Assembly: GCF_006345805.1 (NCBI RefSeq)
Contig: NC_043001.1
Coordinates: forward strand, 12,586,001-12,650,000
DNA length: 64,000 nt
Reading direction: 5' to 3'
From: Octopus sinensis
Taxonomy: Eukaryota
Shown here: piece after piece, positions 12,271-25,717 of the stretch
Layout of the letters: every line of letters begins with the position of its first letter
How positions within the stretch are numbered: the stretch's first letter is position 1
The notes under the pieces: model-generated
Databases searched by the model: none
What the model saw: only the letters and a program-made list of their open reading frames with translations
Told to the model about the DNA's origin: nothing
Program-made: the position numbers and the translations under genes

Positions 12271-12690
12271 AGAAAATAGTAAAGAGTAAAAACACGACAG
12301 AAGGCTTAAATGTTAAAGAATATATATATTTGCGTCAATATGTCTGGAGAATATTGGAAAAATTTTTTTCCTTCCTTATAATGACATAATTTTATAATTT
12401 TCAAAGAAAGACCGGTTTCGCATTTAGCTCTTCAAATTTCTTGCGACGTAATGTTTATCTTTAATAGCGTTATCCTTGTTTTTTTGCTACGGAGAGTTCT
12501 AAATAAGGGAAGGTAGTGCATGAAATTTGAAGAGCTCAATGCGAAACCGGTCTTTCTTTAAAAATTATAAAATTATGTCATTATAAGGAAGGAAAAAATT
12601 TTTGCAATATTCTCCAGACATATTGACGCAATTATATATATTCTTTAACATTTAAGCCTTCTGTCGTGTTTTCACTCTTTACTATTTTCT
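12271..12690. repeat. Fold-back with ~173-bp arms, each ending in a hammerhead-like motif
   Basis: Arms at 12271-12444 and 12518-12690. The motif gaaatTTGAAGA-GC tcaat GC-GAAACCGGTC-tttc is at 12522-12556 (+) and 12406-12440 (-). Confidence 0.85.
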
Positions 12691-12725
12691 TATATATTCA
12701 CCCACGTGCTTTCACAAACAACTTT

Positions 12726-12769
<44 letters not shown>

Positions 12770-13379
12770 TATAATATATATAATATATGTATATATATAT
12801 ATATATATATATACACGTATATATATATATATATACAGATAGATAGATATATACAGATAGATAGATATATATATATCTGTATATATATATACATACATAT
12901 ATATATGTATATATACACGCATAAATACATACATACAGTGGACATACAATAGATACATAATTACAATAGATAGATACATTAGGGCAATAGACTCATTAAG
13001 TGATAACCATTGTCTGTTTCGTTTTCTGTTGTGACATTGCGCTGTAGCAATGACTGGTTGTTATTCCTGGTTAGAAGACGGCTAGAAATGGTGGATTATT
13101 GTGTTCAGGTCTCAAGTGTAAGCTCATGTAGAACGCAAATTCCCTCTTTGTATATTTTCCTAATTTACTTGAGATGTTCGTAAATATTTGAAAATGACAC
13201 ATTAAATTTTCGTGCAAAGTCTCTCGTGTTTGATGTGGACTTAATACAACAGATACAACCAAAAGGGCATCATTTAACGAGGTTCATCTTCTGGAGCGAA
13301 CTTCGTTGTAGAAGTCACAAACACCGTCTTTAAACATTTCAAACCACAGCTGACATGTACGTTCTTTCACTGCTTGTGG

Positions 13380-13950
13380 ATACACTTAACAAAATGTATT
13401 TCATTCAGAAATTTGGAAATGACATGTTGTACTGCTTGGCACTCGCAACGGAAGCTTAATACGAAGAATTCAGAGTGTTTGGGTCTCAATATGAGAGCAG
13501 TGCAATCCGAAGACACATACTGAGAGTGATAAAAATCAAACATCCAGTCAACATAATGGTGTTTGGAGTTATCACTAGTTGTTTCTACGTTGTTGCCTCC
13601 ATACATTTTCACACACGGCATCATACTCCAGAGGGGGCCCTATATCCAGTGCCTGAAGAAGTTAGTGACATCCTGGATCAAGAGGGGTGGCTTCTGGATC
13701 ACCCAATGTCTGACAGCAGCATTCTACACCAAGCCACCGAAGCAGACAATTTCTGCGACCCCTAAAATCTGATCTCCTAACACCCCAGCAGGAATTATGG
13801 CAGTATTCACCTACTTATATCAAGAGATCGTCCAAAAGTGTTGCAGATTCTGAAGTCCTTTCGTGACAGTGGTTGAATACAATGTTGATTTCATTGAAAA
13901 TATTTACTCTTTAGTATTTCAAGATATTTTTATGTAATCTTGTAAATATA
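13380..13950 (+). mobile_element. Tc1/mariner (maT/DD37D-like) transposase fragment
   Basis: KHPVNIMVFGVITS, PPYIFTHG, YIQCLKKLVTSWIKR and DNFCD across frameshifts. Confidence 0.7.
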
Positions 13951-15344
13951 TCTGTTAAAATGAGATTTCTGTGTTATCTTCATTTTAAGACGATAGTTTA
14001 ATGGTTTGTTATATATACAGCTACCAGAAACACATCGGATAAAATTACCAAGGAAGACATATTAAAGGAATTGAAAGAAATTAACTCAAATGTAGCTATT
14101 CTAAAAAAATCGAGGGATTAAATTACTGTACCCGAGAACAAACTGAAGACAAACACAATACAAGTTATATTAAGAATTATATTAAAACTATGTAAAATGG
14201 GCGCATTTTCCTTCTTTAATTTCTGGTATATTGGTATATATATATATACATATACGTAATACTAAGTAATTAAGGGTTTAGCAACGATTTGCCTCACCAC
14301 ACACCGAATTTAGAAATAGCAGTCAAAGAGTTTTGGCTATTCTTTCCACTTAAAAGGGAGATCTCAGTAAAACCATAGCACTTAAAAGGCAAACAACGCA
14401 GGCAAAAGAGAAAGAAATGACGACAATCATTCTATATTAAGTTACCTACGGACGTACGTTTCGGAATTAAGTCATAGGAAAGCATAAAAATTAAATAATT
14501 ATGTCTTACCAACTATTTTCCTCTTCAACGTAGAACTCTTCAATTATAAATAATTGCGTCTTAATTATTAATAATTGTGTATTAAATTTGAAGGCACTAG
14601 AAGACATCACCTCAACTCATGGTATCAGTACCACCAGATTCAAAGGGTGAATGAAAGTATGTCACCATCCCCCTTCCGTCAGCGTGCTGCCAGAATAAGA
14701 TGCTACAGTTTTTTTACTGGGATAATCATAATTATAATTAATTATAATTATAATTATACATATACGTATATATGAATATTATATACACACATATATATTC
14801 ATATGGATGTTTACTTCTATATATTATACTAATTCACCAACTCGTCGCTGTTTTGTATTCAAGTAAACGCATACAATTTTAGCTCTTTTTCGTTAATATT
14901 TTTCGATGAAGTTCAACTTTCAAAGCATTCAGCTATCTGCATCCACACGAGATTTCGAACGATTCCATCCTTTATCGTCTAGGTGTAGCTTTTTCTAACT
15001 TAATCTTAAAAGTTTAGTTAAACATTTATTTGGTTATAATTGCGTAAATATTAAACGGATATATCTATAAATTTGAATTTCAACAGTATAATCCTATTAG
15101 CCGTTACTGCTGACGCTTATCCATTTTATTCAGAGTTTTTAAATGGAATACATTTCAGCTTTCAGCATATTTCTCACTATTTAATACAAAGCGCAAAATA
15201 ATGTGACAAATTTCAATAGACTACGTTTTTTTGTGATACTAGATATTTATTCTTGCACCAGATTCGCAGAAAACTTCACACTGCAGAAAATTATTCGAGG
15301 AAGGAAAGACCGCAGTGGACTTCAGTCCGATCTATATTTCGTAA

Positions 15345-15520
15345 ACTAATGTGTGGAGAAAGCAATATGTAGTTGAATGAGAGGAAATTTGAATCTATAC
15401 CCTTTGGAAAAAAAAATTGCACTCGAATAGCCATATTCTCTTCCTTTAGTGGAACTACACACATCATCCAATAATATTAAGGATTTAGAAGTGACTATTG
15501 TCAAGGAGATGTCAATATCC
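15345..15520 (+). mobile_element. Short CR1-type RT fragment
   Basis: LNERKFESIPFGKK...PYSLPLVELHTSSNNIKDLEV aligns with ORF 2183-2701 (LNEGKFELMHFG...PYSLPSGEPLTASNNIRDLGV). Confidence 0.7.
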
Positions 15521-15939
15521 TCCTCGACTCCAGCTCTGTATATTATCACTTAAAATATAATGGGACCAGCAGAAGACGTTGGGTTTTCATTCTCTATAGT
15601 GTCGCTAGTGTCGCCATGGGCACTACAAAATTGGCGCAATTTCAAGAATATATGTGTGTGTGTGTGTGTAAGTATATATGTATGTATGGATAGACAGACA
15701 AATAGATAGATGGATAGATAGATTTTTACTAAAACTGTCGTATGTGCGACTTACTATATTTTGTAAAAATGCTAATCCGTTGTCCTACACTCTGACAATT
15801 TTTACATGAAGCAGCTGGAGATACGATAGTTTGAACAAAAGAACCGGCAATTGCAAGCAAAATTAAATATATATTTCTTCATTACCCACAAGGGGCTAAA
15901 TATAGAGGGGATAAACAAACATAGATTTGGGCAAGTGAC

Positions 15940-16600
15940 AGTGCAAATCTATGAAAAGTCTCCTGAACCAAGCCAGAATACTCTCAACAACAACACTTAA
16001 GTTGTCAGTAAAAAATGCAGAAGACCAAACTGCGGGATATGCAACAATTTAATTGAAGGGTCAGAATTGTCCTTCAAATAGCGAGAAAGTCTCACAGTGA
16101 AAAGCAGTTTCATATGTGCTTCGGAGAACCTGATATACGCACTAACCTGCTCTGGGTGTAAAGAGCAATACATAGGTCAAACAAAAACAAGTCTACGAGA
16201 AAGGGTGGTGGAACAAGCTGCCAGACGAGTTGGTGAAGATGCCGACGACCGCTTTGTTCAAAGCCTCCCTTGACCTCAAGTGGCCTGAACTCTTTACATG
16301 AACACCACCCTGTACTTAACTCCATGTCCCCCTACATGGCCTTGCTATTTGCTTTTGAGCCAAATTAACTAACTAACTAACTAAGATCCCAGAACATAAT
16401 TTAAAAAAAAACCCAGAAAATTAGCATTCAGCCAACACATCGACATTTGCGACAATAACACAAATCTAACATTCTGAATTGTTCCCTTCTATCAATTCAG
16501 GGTCGATACAACCTGTAGCCAACGAATGATTAGACTCTCTTTGTTACAAAAAACAGACCCTTTTTGAACGCATCTACAACAAATGACATATCAACCACGA
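15940..16600 (+). mobile_element. Penelope-like GIY-YIG endonuclease fragment, interrupted by a LINE 3' end
   Basis: CGICNNLIEG...ENLIYALTCSGCKEQYIGQTKTSLRER, resuming after the insert as IAFSQHIDIC. Confidence 0.8.
16205..16383 (+). mobile_element. Nested 3' tail of a CR1/L2-like LINE
   Basis: WNKLPDELVKMPTTALFKASLD, followed by a 3' UTR and an (AACT)n tail. Confidence 0.7.
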
Positions 16601-17335
16601 CAATAGAATAACACACACGCAAATATTAAAAATGATACATTCAAAAGAGATACCCAAGAATTCATTAAAAACATTCCCAATCACTACTATAATCCACAAC
16701 GAGCCACTTTTGTTTCACTTAACAATTTAATACCCTATTACTATCATACCATCTCGTATTCTTCTTGTATTATACTTTCTCCTCTCCTTCTTCTTCGTCT
16801 TCTTCCTCTCCACCACCTCCGTTCTTACTTTACTTCTATTGCTGTTTAGAATGACACCTACGCAAATATTATAAACAATACTTTCAAATGAGATATCTTA
16901 ATACTTCAATCTCTACTACCATCCACAACAGGTGGCTTTCAGGGCACTTGACCATTTAGCATCCCACTGCTATCATAGCATTCCCTTCTTCTTCTTCTTC
17001 TTCTTCTTCTTCTTCTTCTTCTTCTTCTCCCTACCAAGAATTCACAACGATCTTGAAGCCACAAGAGTAAACAAGAGAGACAGAGACAGGCATAATTAAG
17101 AAAAATACCCCTTCTATATGAACATTAGGCAAATATTCTTTTAAAGACATTTCATTTAATTCTTCCCAAATTTACTTCTTCTCCATACTTACAGTTGATA
17201 AAGTCTCAATGACCTAAATCGGTTCTGAAATATGTTTTTTATAAACTTATTTTAGCATTTTATATCTTGATTTTCCATATATTTATCAACTCGTGTATTT
17301 CTTTTCAAACTTCTATACCCTCCCCCACAGACATG

Positions 17336-17369
<34 letters not shown>

Positions 17370-17381
<12 letters not shown>

Positions 17382-17580
17382 TGAATCGCTAGCTTCTGCA
17401 CGCATTTTGTTTCTCTCCTTGTTTCTCTCCGTGTTTCTATTCTGTGTATCTTTCTGTTGAAGAGCGTAGGCTCGAAACGTAAAAGACTTATTTTATTTAT
17501 ATTCCAGAGCGCCATACAAATACAATTTTTGTTTGTACTCCACCTGCCTTCGTCTTTTGTTTATTTTCATAAAGCTTCCC
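17370..17580 (+). mobile_element. Short PLE pLTR-like element with a minimal type I hammerhead
   Basis: 17449-17486 reads TCTTT-CTGTTGA-A-GAGC gtag GCTC-GAAACGTA-AAAGA. Helix I is TCTTT/AAAGA; the core has A6->T. Confidence 0.7.
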
Positions 17581-17589
17581 GTTATATAT

Positions 17590-17850
17590 GCATATATATA
17601 TATACTTATAAATCTTATATACAAACATACATATATATACATACATAAATAAATATATATATAAACATATATACTTATAAATCCTATATACAAACATACA
17701 TATATATATACATACATAAATAAATATATATAAACATATATACTTATAAATCTTATATACAAACATACATATATATATACATACATAACTAAATATATAT
17801 AAACATATATACTTATAAATCTTATATACAAACATACATATATATATATA
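17590..17850. repeat. AT-rich minisatellite, ~62-bp unit, about 4 copies
   Basis: atatacttataaatcttatatacaaacatacatatatatacatacataaataaatatatataaac repeated. Confidence 0.85.
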
Positions 17851-18926
17851 CATAAATATGCATTTATACGTATATATATATACGTATATATGCTTTTCCC
17901 TTCATCATCAACAGGGTGTAATGATGAAGGGAAACTGTGATAAAAAGGGCCAAGAGCAAGGAATGCAGAATAATGAAGTTAGAATTAGAAAATAAAACAG
18001 GTGTAAGGAAGAAAATATGGAAAAGGAAGAGAAAAAGGAAATGATAGAACAGAAGCGTAAAAGAAAGAAACGAATAAAAGAAAGAATATGTGAGAAAAAG
18101 GAAAACGGAAGAAAGAAGTATGGGGAAGTACGATCATAGCAAGTAGGATAGAAAAGAAATAGGAGTGAGTGCGGAAGGGGAGATGTTAAGATACTCAAGG
18201 AATATACTGCAAATATTAAAGATATATATAATAGTTGAAGAACGTTGGAATCAGATAAGTGTATGAAGAAGACACAGTTGTATAATGAAGTAAATAAACA
18301 GAAAAAAACAAACAAGCAAAACACGGGAACGGCCGCATATTCGAAATAATAGCAGGAGTGCTAATTTGAAGCAATTGAGAAAATATGTGTAGGTAGCAAT
18401 AGGGTAAACAAAATATAATATGATCAAAATCCGTTTTTCTTAGGAATAAGTACAGCTTGAGAGAAGTGTTGATAACATTGAAAATTACGGAAAAGTTTGA
18501 CAATTTCAATGGAATTGAAAGAAATCATAGGAACCGGGTACTGCTTTGGAAAGGTGGTAAAGAGTTCAAGAGGTTCAAATAGTAACGATTAAAGTAATCG
18601 CCATAGAATAACTTTGAAATAAAGCTAAAATCTGTAAAATAAATAACAGTAAACTAAAATATGGTAATAGAAGTATGAAAAGAGAAAAGAGAGTATTAGA
18701 AATATTAATGGAGATATAAAGATAAGTAAAATTGTATAGAAAATATTGAGAAAAAAGTTACTGAAAAAAAAACGCGCAAAGATAAGATATCTTAATCTAA
18801 ATTCACTGAAATTTGTCATTGAAATAAAGTTCATTAAGCTTGAGAAAAAAATCACGGGAGTAAGAGAAAAATGACTTCAGGTATGAGGTATAGGAGATTG
18901 ATAATATAATATTGCATCTTCGAAAC

Positions 18927-19535
18927 GCGGCGAGCTGGCAGAAATGTTAGTACGCCGGGCGGAATGCTTTCCGGTATTTCGTCTGTCGTTGCGTTCTAAG
19001 TTCAAATTCCGCCGTCGACTTTACCTTTCAACCTTTCGGGGGCGATTAAATACGTACCAATTACGCACTGGCGTCTATATAATCGACTTAATCCGTTTGT
19101 CTGTGCTTGTTTGTCCTCTCTGTGTATAGCCCCTTGTGGGTAGTAAAGAAATAGGTATTTCGTATGCCGTTACGTTCTGAGTTCAAATTCCGCCGAGTTC
19201 AACTTTGCCTTTCATCCTTTCGGGGTCGATTAAATAAGTACCAGTTACGCACTGGGGTCGATTAAATAAGTACCAGTTATGCACTGGGGTCGATATAATC
19301 GAGTTAATCTGTTTGTCTGTCCTTGTTTGTGTCCTCTGTTTTTATCCCCTTGTGGGTAGTAAAGAAATAGGTATTTCGTCTGTTTTTACGTTCTGAGTTC
19401 AGATTCCGCCGAAGTCGACTTTGCTTTTCATCCTTTCGGGAACCCTAAATTAAGTCCCGGTTGCCTACTGGGGTCGATCTAATCGACTCCCTCCCCAAAC
19501 ATCTCGGGATTTGTGCCTAGAGTAGAAAAGAATAT
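18927..19535 (+). mobile_element. tRNA-derived SINE, family C, with tandemly repeated body and tail
   Basis: Head ggcgagctggcagaaatgttagtacgccgggc...gttcaaattccgcc; repeated tail gtccttgtttgtcc...gccccttgtgggtagtaaagaaata. Confidence 0.85.
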
Positions 19536-20148
19536 TTTGTGATACTAAGTGTTTTCGTATCAGAGACAGGATCCATCCTACGATATTAATCGATACGTTA
19601 GTGCTCAATGGTGGGTTAAACAATATTACATTTCTCTTTCAGTGTTTACATTTCATAATGAGAGATGTAAATATCATCTTTTAACTCAATACGTTCGGCT
19701 TAAACCTTTGTTTTCAGATCCATAATTAATCTAGAAAATTCACCATTTTCCTGCTGGTCATTACTGTGATCATGAGGTCAAACGATTAAAAAAATACATA
19801 AATGATTTTTTAACTTTATCCATGTATTAGTCATTACCACTTCTATTTTAGCCAGACATCCTATCGTATTTAATTTAATTTTAATCATTAATTCGTTTAG
19901 GTTTACTGTTTTTTCACCGTTTCCATAATCTTTATACATTTTAAGTAATCTTTCAAAATGTTTACCTTCTCACATAACTGGTTTCTGTTTCACCAGTTGT
20001 TAAGTATGTGTGTATGTATTTATGCAAAGATATATGTGAGTATATGCATGTGTGTGTAAATGTATGTGTAGATATACATATAGATAGATAGTGAGATATG
20101 CATGTATATATATGTATATATATATATGTATATATATGTATATTTATA

Positions 20149-20182
<34 letters not shown>

Positions 20183-20183
<1 letters not shown>

Positions 20184-20345
20184 GCGCAGGAGTGGCTGTG
20201 TGGTAAGTAGCTTGCTAACCAACCACATGGTTCCGGGTTCAGTCCCACTGCGTGGCATCTTGGGCAAGTGTCTTCTGCTATAGCCCCGGGCCGACCAATG
20301 CCTTGTGAGTGGATTTGGTAGACGGAAACTGAAAGAAGCCTGTCG

Positions 20346-20382
<37 letters not shown>

Positions 20383-20590
20383 CTGTGTTTGTCCCCCTAG
20401 CATTGCTTGACAACCGATGCTGGTGTGTTTACGTCCCCGTTACTTAGCGGTTCGGCAAAAAAAGAGACCGATAGAATAAGTACTGGGCTTCCAAAGAATA
20501 AGTCCCGGGGTTGATTTGCTCGACTAAAGGCGGTGCTCCAGCATGGCCGCAGTCAAAATAACTGAAACAAGTAAAAGAGAAAAGAGTAAG
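20183..20590 (+). mobile_element. tRNA-derived SINE, family B, with an internal (TA)/(TG) microsatellite
   Basis: Head ggcgcaggagtggctgtgtggtaag...gggttcagtcccac; tail ggcggtgctccagcatggccgcagtcaaataactgaaacaagtaaaagag. Confidence 0.88.
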
Positions 20591-20591
20591 A

Positions 20592-20619
<28 letters not shown>

Positions 20620-20626
<7 letters not shown>

Positions 20627-21855
20627 CATCCGATAAGTTCTGTCCGATTTTACCGTTTTCAAAATTGCATGAAATTTAATAGAATTTTCGAATGTGTAAT
20701 GAGAATTGAAAAGTATTTTTAGGCATTTGTGTACATTTAAACAAATTAAATGTTTTTTTACAGAAAAATAGAATTAAAATATCTTTGATTAATACCTTTT
20801 CTGACATGGAACTATCCAAATATCATTTAAGGCGCATAATGATTTATGAGTATAAAAAAAGGAAACTCTGCAGCTGGCGCGACACGAAATATACGCTCAG
20901 TTTATGGGAAAGAATACTTGAATGAAAGAACTTGCAGAAGAGGGTTTCCAAAAGATCAGAGATGGAGATTTTAGCCTCGAAGACGAAGATCAAACGGGAC
21001 ATCCAGTTAAGTTTGAGGATAAACTCTTCGAGGCATTACTTGAAGGAAATCCCGCATTGTCAGTTGAAGAATTGGCAATAAAGCTTAGTTCAAACCAAAC
21101 AACTGTAAATCGTCATCTTCAACAACTTTGAAAGATTACTAAACTTGGAAAATGGGTGCCTATTGAATTGTCCGAAAGCAACCGCAAATCCCGAGTTGAC
21201 ATCTGCTCTTCTCTCCATTTTCGCGAAATCAGTTCACCCTTTTTAAATAGATATGTGACTGGTGACGAAAAATGGAACTTCTGTCGAAGTGTTAAATGTG
21301 GTAACAAGTCACTTGGTAAAAGGGTAAAAGCTCAAATACACCCGAGAAGGGAACTTCATGAAGAAAAGGTACTTTTCTCTATATGGTGGGATTGCAAAGG
21401 AGTAATTCACTTTGAATTGTTACTACTTAATGCAACAATCAATGCTCAAGTCTACTGTCAGCAATTAAAGCGTTTGAACCAAACTCTGAAGAAAAAAAGG
21501 ACAATGAGCGAAGCCACACTGCAAAGATCACATCACAGGATAGCGAAGAAAAATTCCTTATCCAACTTATTCTCCGTACCTTGCTCCTTCAGACTACCAT
21601 TTGTTTCGTTGTTTACAGAATCATTTGGAGGATATAACTTTCGCAAGCCAGGTGGAGGTCAAAACTGACACTTTAGAGTTCTTCACTTTGAAACCAAAAT
21701 AGTTTTAAATTGATGGGATTAAAAAGCTTGTAAATAGATCGAAGTTAGTCATAGATAATCAGGGAAAGTACATTGATGATAAAATCTCAATTAAATATAA
21801 TATTTGATCACTTATTTTTATATTCAAAATTCGGACGGAACTTATGGGATGACCT

Positions 21856-21856
<1 letters not shown>
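20620..21856 (+). mobile_element. Mariner DNA transposon with ~28-bp TIRs, defective
   Basis: Left tcatccgataagttctgtccgatttt and right aaaattcggacggaacttatgggatga are inverted repeats in a TA context, enclosing the transposase. Confidence 0.92.
20806..21790 (+). pseudogene. Mariner transposase, frameshifted
   Basis: HTH region, WVPIELS, VTGDEKW, SIWWDCKGVIHFELL and YSPYLAPSDYHLF, where the third catalytic D is mutated. Confidence 0.9.
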
Positions 21857-21906
<50 letters not shown>

Positions 21907-22539
21907 TAAATATTAGGGATAAATCAAATTTACAGGAAAAATCAGATTTAGGATTAAATCCAATTTTAATATTATTTTGTTTGCAAAATAGTGGTTTTGT
22001 CTCTAATAATATTATATATATATACATATATGCATGTGTGTGTGTCTAGTTTGTGTGCATCCACAGATAATACATACATACTTATCTGCGTATGTGTACA
22101 ATTATATCCCCTGCAGATTGACAACCACTGCCGATTTGTTTAGATACCAGTAACTTTACCATGTTGTGGTACCAGATGTGTATTATTCCCCTGAGTACGA
22201 AATTGTCAATACTTCATTAAAAGAACAGCGTTCGGCTCAAAGAGTATGCATCTATCCAGATTTAACCCACCATTTTGGTTAGGAAATTTGCACAATATAA
22301 TTATATATACTTTGTTAATGAAAGTAAAAATGGTGTAATTAAATAGGTTATCAAAATCTATCATGTGTTCCTTTGAATTGCATATAGATGATTCATTGCG
22401 GAAATTTTGAAATATTTTCAAGCGAGATATTTATTCATTTCAAAGAATTTTCCAAATCTAATATATTTCAAATCTAATATATTTCAAATTAGTAATATTT
22501 TACTTCAATGTACTGCTGTAGCACTGCTGTCACGTAGTG

Positions 22540-22730
22540 AAGGCCCCAAGTTGAAGGATTTTAGGGCCCTGGTCACAGCTCATCTAGTACTTAATTTATG
22601 GAGACCGAAAGGATAATAGGCAAAGTTGACTCCGATGTCATCTGAGCTCAGAATGTAACGAGACAGAGAAAATGCGGTTAAGCCTTTTGGCTGAGGAGGT
22701 AACGAATCTATCAAACAGCCTAGAAAATAA
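22540..22730 (-). mobile_element. Old, degenerate SINE family C copy
   Basis: The minus strand reads ttacattctgagctcagatgacatcggagtcaactttgcctattatcctttcgg...aaattaagtac. Confidence 0.6.
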
Positions 22731-23212
22731 GTAATATTGAGATTAAATGAATCAAAACATACGAATTTGTTATAAACATTGTGTGGCTTTGGAGCCATTA
22801 AATGGTAAAAGACGGATCAGTAAATAGCTCCGCAGAAAATGGAAGCAAAATTAGAAAGACTGTCAGCTCCAATGGTCTCCCATTATATTGCAATGTTAAA
22901 TAGGAAATATTAATATGTTTGAATTTGCTTCTATAAAATGAGAAATTGATTGAAAGAAATGTATTTCCTTTTACTTTTTGCATTCCAAAATAACTATAGA
23001 AAAATTATTTTTAAACTCGTTTTTCCCCCTCTACGTTCAGTTAATTTGAATGCTATCTTTCAAAATGATACGTTTATTTGGAAGGTTAGAGGCCAAGTGA
23101 ATACCGTTTACCTGATACATTTAACTTGATGAATTTCAATCATACTGGTTATTATATTGCCATATAAAGGAACTGGTTTCTATGAAATATGAAAATATAT
23201 TAAGCCGTTGAA

Positions 23213-23250
<38 letters not shown>

Positions 23251-23288
23251 AAATTTCCCAATATCCACACACCAAGTCTTCTCCTTTA

Positions 23289-23341
<53 letters not shown>

Positions 23342-23548
23342 GTATATATGTATATTCTCGGAAATGTATTCTGGTTACATTTTCTTTATTTGTAGAACAT
23401 ATATGCAACGCGTTTTCATAAGAAATATACAACACATACATCCTCATATACACTCAGAATACAGATGTTTGATTGCATACTTGATTTTTAACAAATAAAT
23501 ATATGCCGATATATATATATATTTATATATATATATATATATATTATA

Positions 23549-23606
<58 letters not shown>

Positions 23607-23800
23607 GCCGATATATATATATATATATATAATATCAATTTAATAAATAAACATATGCATACATACATACATACATACATACATGTACATACCTACATCT
23701 ATATATATATATACATGCATATATGTGTACAGGACACCACAAATAAAGGTAGAACACAACGGGAATTCCAAGTAAGTTATATATATATATATATAGATAA

Positions 23801-23925
<125 letters not shown>

Positions 23926-23938
23926 AGATATAGATATA

Positions 23939-24170
23939 GGCGTAGGAAGATGCTTGCTTCAGAACCAGATAGTTCTGGCTTCAGTCTCACCGCGTGATAC
24001 TTTGTTCAAGTCAGTTCTACTATAGCTGCGAGTCTTATGGGTGGATTTGGTAGATGGAAACTGAAAGAAGCCCACCAAATAATATATGTGTGTGTGTGTG
24101 TGTGTTTGCGTCCCCATAACTTAGCGGTTTGACAAAAGATTCCGCTCGAATAAATACTAGGCTCTAAATT
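23939..24170 (+). mobile_element. SINE family B, partial and diverged
   Basis: ggcgtaggaag...gtggatttggtagatggaaactgaaagaagccc...acttagcggtttgacaaaag. Confidence 0.7.
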
Positions 24171-24629
24171 AGTTATGTATATATATATATATATATACAA
24201 ATTGAGATAGGGGTTGTGAGTGCAACCCACCATAATAAATAAATAAATATATATATATATATATATATACATATGGTGAAGTTGTTGAAAATGTACTTAA
24301 TTTTGCAAAGATTGTAATGGCTTTCAGTTAGATTTATTTACACTCATACCAAACTAGTTTCAACGATATTTTTATTCTTTAACAATTTAGAAAAAAATTA
24401 AATTGTAAATTAGAAAAACATTTTTAAATATTTGATTGCTTGCAAGTTTCAATAAAATCAAATATGATTTAAATGTTCATAACATTCAATAATATAAAAA
24501 AAAATGTGGATCGTCTTGTTTAAATGTAGAAAATTCAATGCAGTTAGAAGTGATTTTCATTTCTCCCTCGTTTTTCTCCCTCTTCACTAGAGCAAATAAA
24601 CGAAAGTCACGGAGCTCCAGATACGTGAT

Positions 24630-25014
24630 ATGGAAGCACTCCGTCGGTTACGACGATGAGGGTTCCGGTTGATCCGAATCAACGGAACAGCCTGCTCGTG
24701 AAATTAACGTGTAAGTGACTGAGCACTCCACAGACACGTGCACTCTTAACGTAATTCTCGGGGATATTCAGCGTGACACAGAGAGTGACAAGGCCGGCCC
24801 CTTGAAATACAGGTACAACTGAAACAGGAAGTAAGAGTGAGAGAAAGTTGTGGTGAAAGAGTACAGCAGGGATCACCACCATCCCCTGCCGGAGCATCGT
24901 GGAGCTTTTAGGTGTTTTCGCTCAATAAACACTCACAACGCCCGGTCTGGGAATCAAAACCGCGATCCTATGACCGCGAGTCCGCTGCCCTAACCACTGG
25001 GCCATTGCGCCTCC
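24630..25014 (-). mobile_element. SINE family A, tail type 3
   Basis: Family A head, followed by a tail ...gctgttccgttgattcggatcaaccggaaccctcatcgtcgtaaccgacggagtgc that is absent from the other copies. Confidence 0.8.
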
Positions 25015-25457
25015 CAGATACGTGTTAATACGATGGATAGGGCACTACACAATACCCTAAACAACACAGTGCCTGATGTGTTACCTCTTAAATCTGTATG
25101 ACCGTAACTTTGTTAAGCCACAGTTCTTATCGATCACTACGAAAACTATTCACTTGTGTACATTTAGGTTTTCAATTTGTTATGTAATGTCATTCGCCGT
25201 CAGTATTTATGGTTGGGGAGATATAATATGAGTGATGATAGTGGCTTTATGGCGGTTTTGACAGCTAGTTCTAGGAATGTAAGTTTTTTTCATCATCTCC
25301 GTTGTGATTGTGATTTATTCACAATTACTGCACAATTCTTTTTGTGAAATAAATTTTTGATAGCATGTTCTGGAAACTGATATATTCGTGAATAATTTTG
25401 AATTGTCTATAATATATTTCCGCAATGTATTTTCACATCCATTCCCATTCTATTTAC

Positions 25458-25525
<68 letters not shown>

Positions 25526-25527
<2 letters not shown>

Positions 25528-25717
25528 GGAGTAACACATAAATGTGAAACAAGGTGGAAAAGAGTACTCAATACCAGTGGTAGAGTAATATGCTTTATTT
25601 AAAGCAGCAGAAAATTCAACAAAACCTGTTACTCTGAGTTTCACGTAGCCGTTCATCTTTCATACGTGAAACTCAGAGTAACAGGTTTTGTTGAATTTTC
25701 TGCTGCTTTAAATAAAG

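Noticed and set aside
17900-18900. Hydrophobic minus-strand ORFs (17908-18324, 18216-18509, 18625-18855)
   Set aside because: The region has strong purine/pyrimidine strand asymmetry, which yields F/L/S-rich peptides. No reliable family motif was found; it may be an old retroelement relic.
18927-19535. Regularly repeated units resembling a CRISPR array (also 27020-27400 and 50975-51563)
   Set aside because: Eukaryotic context, no unique spacers, no cas genes. The units are SINE or PLE internal duplications.
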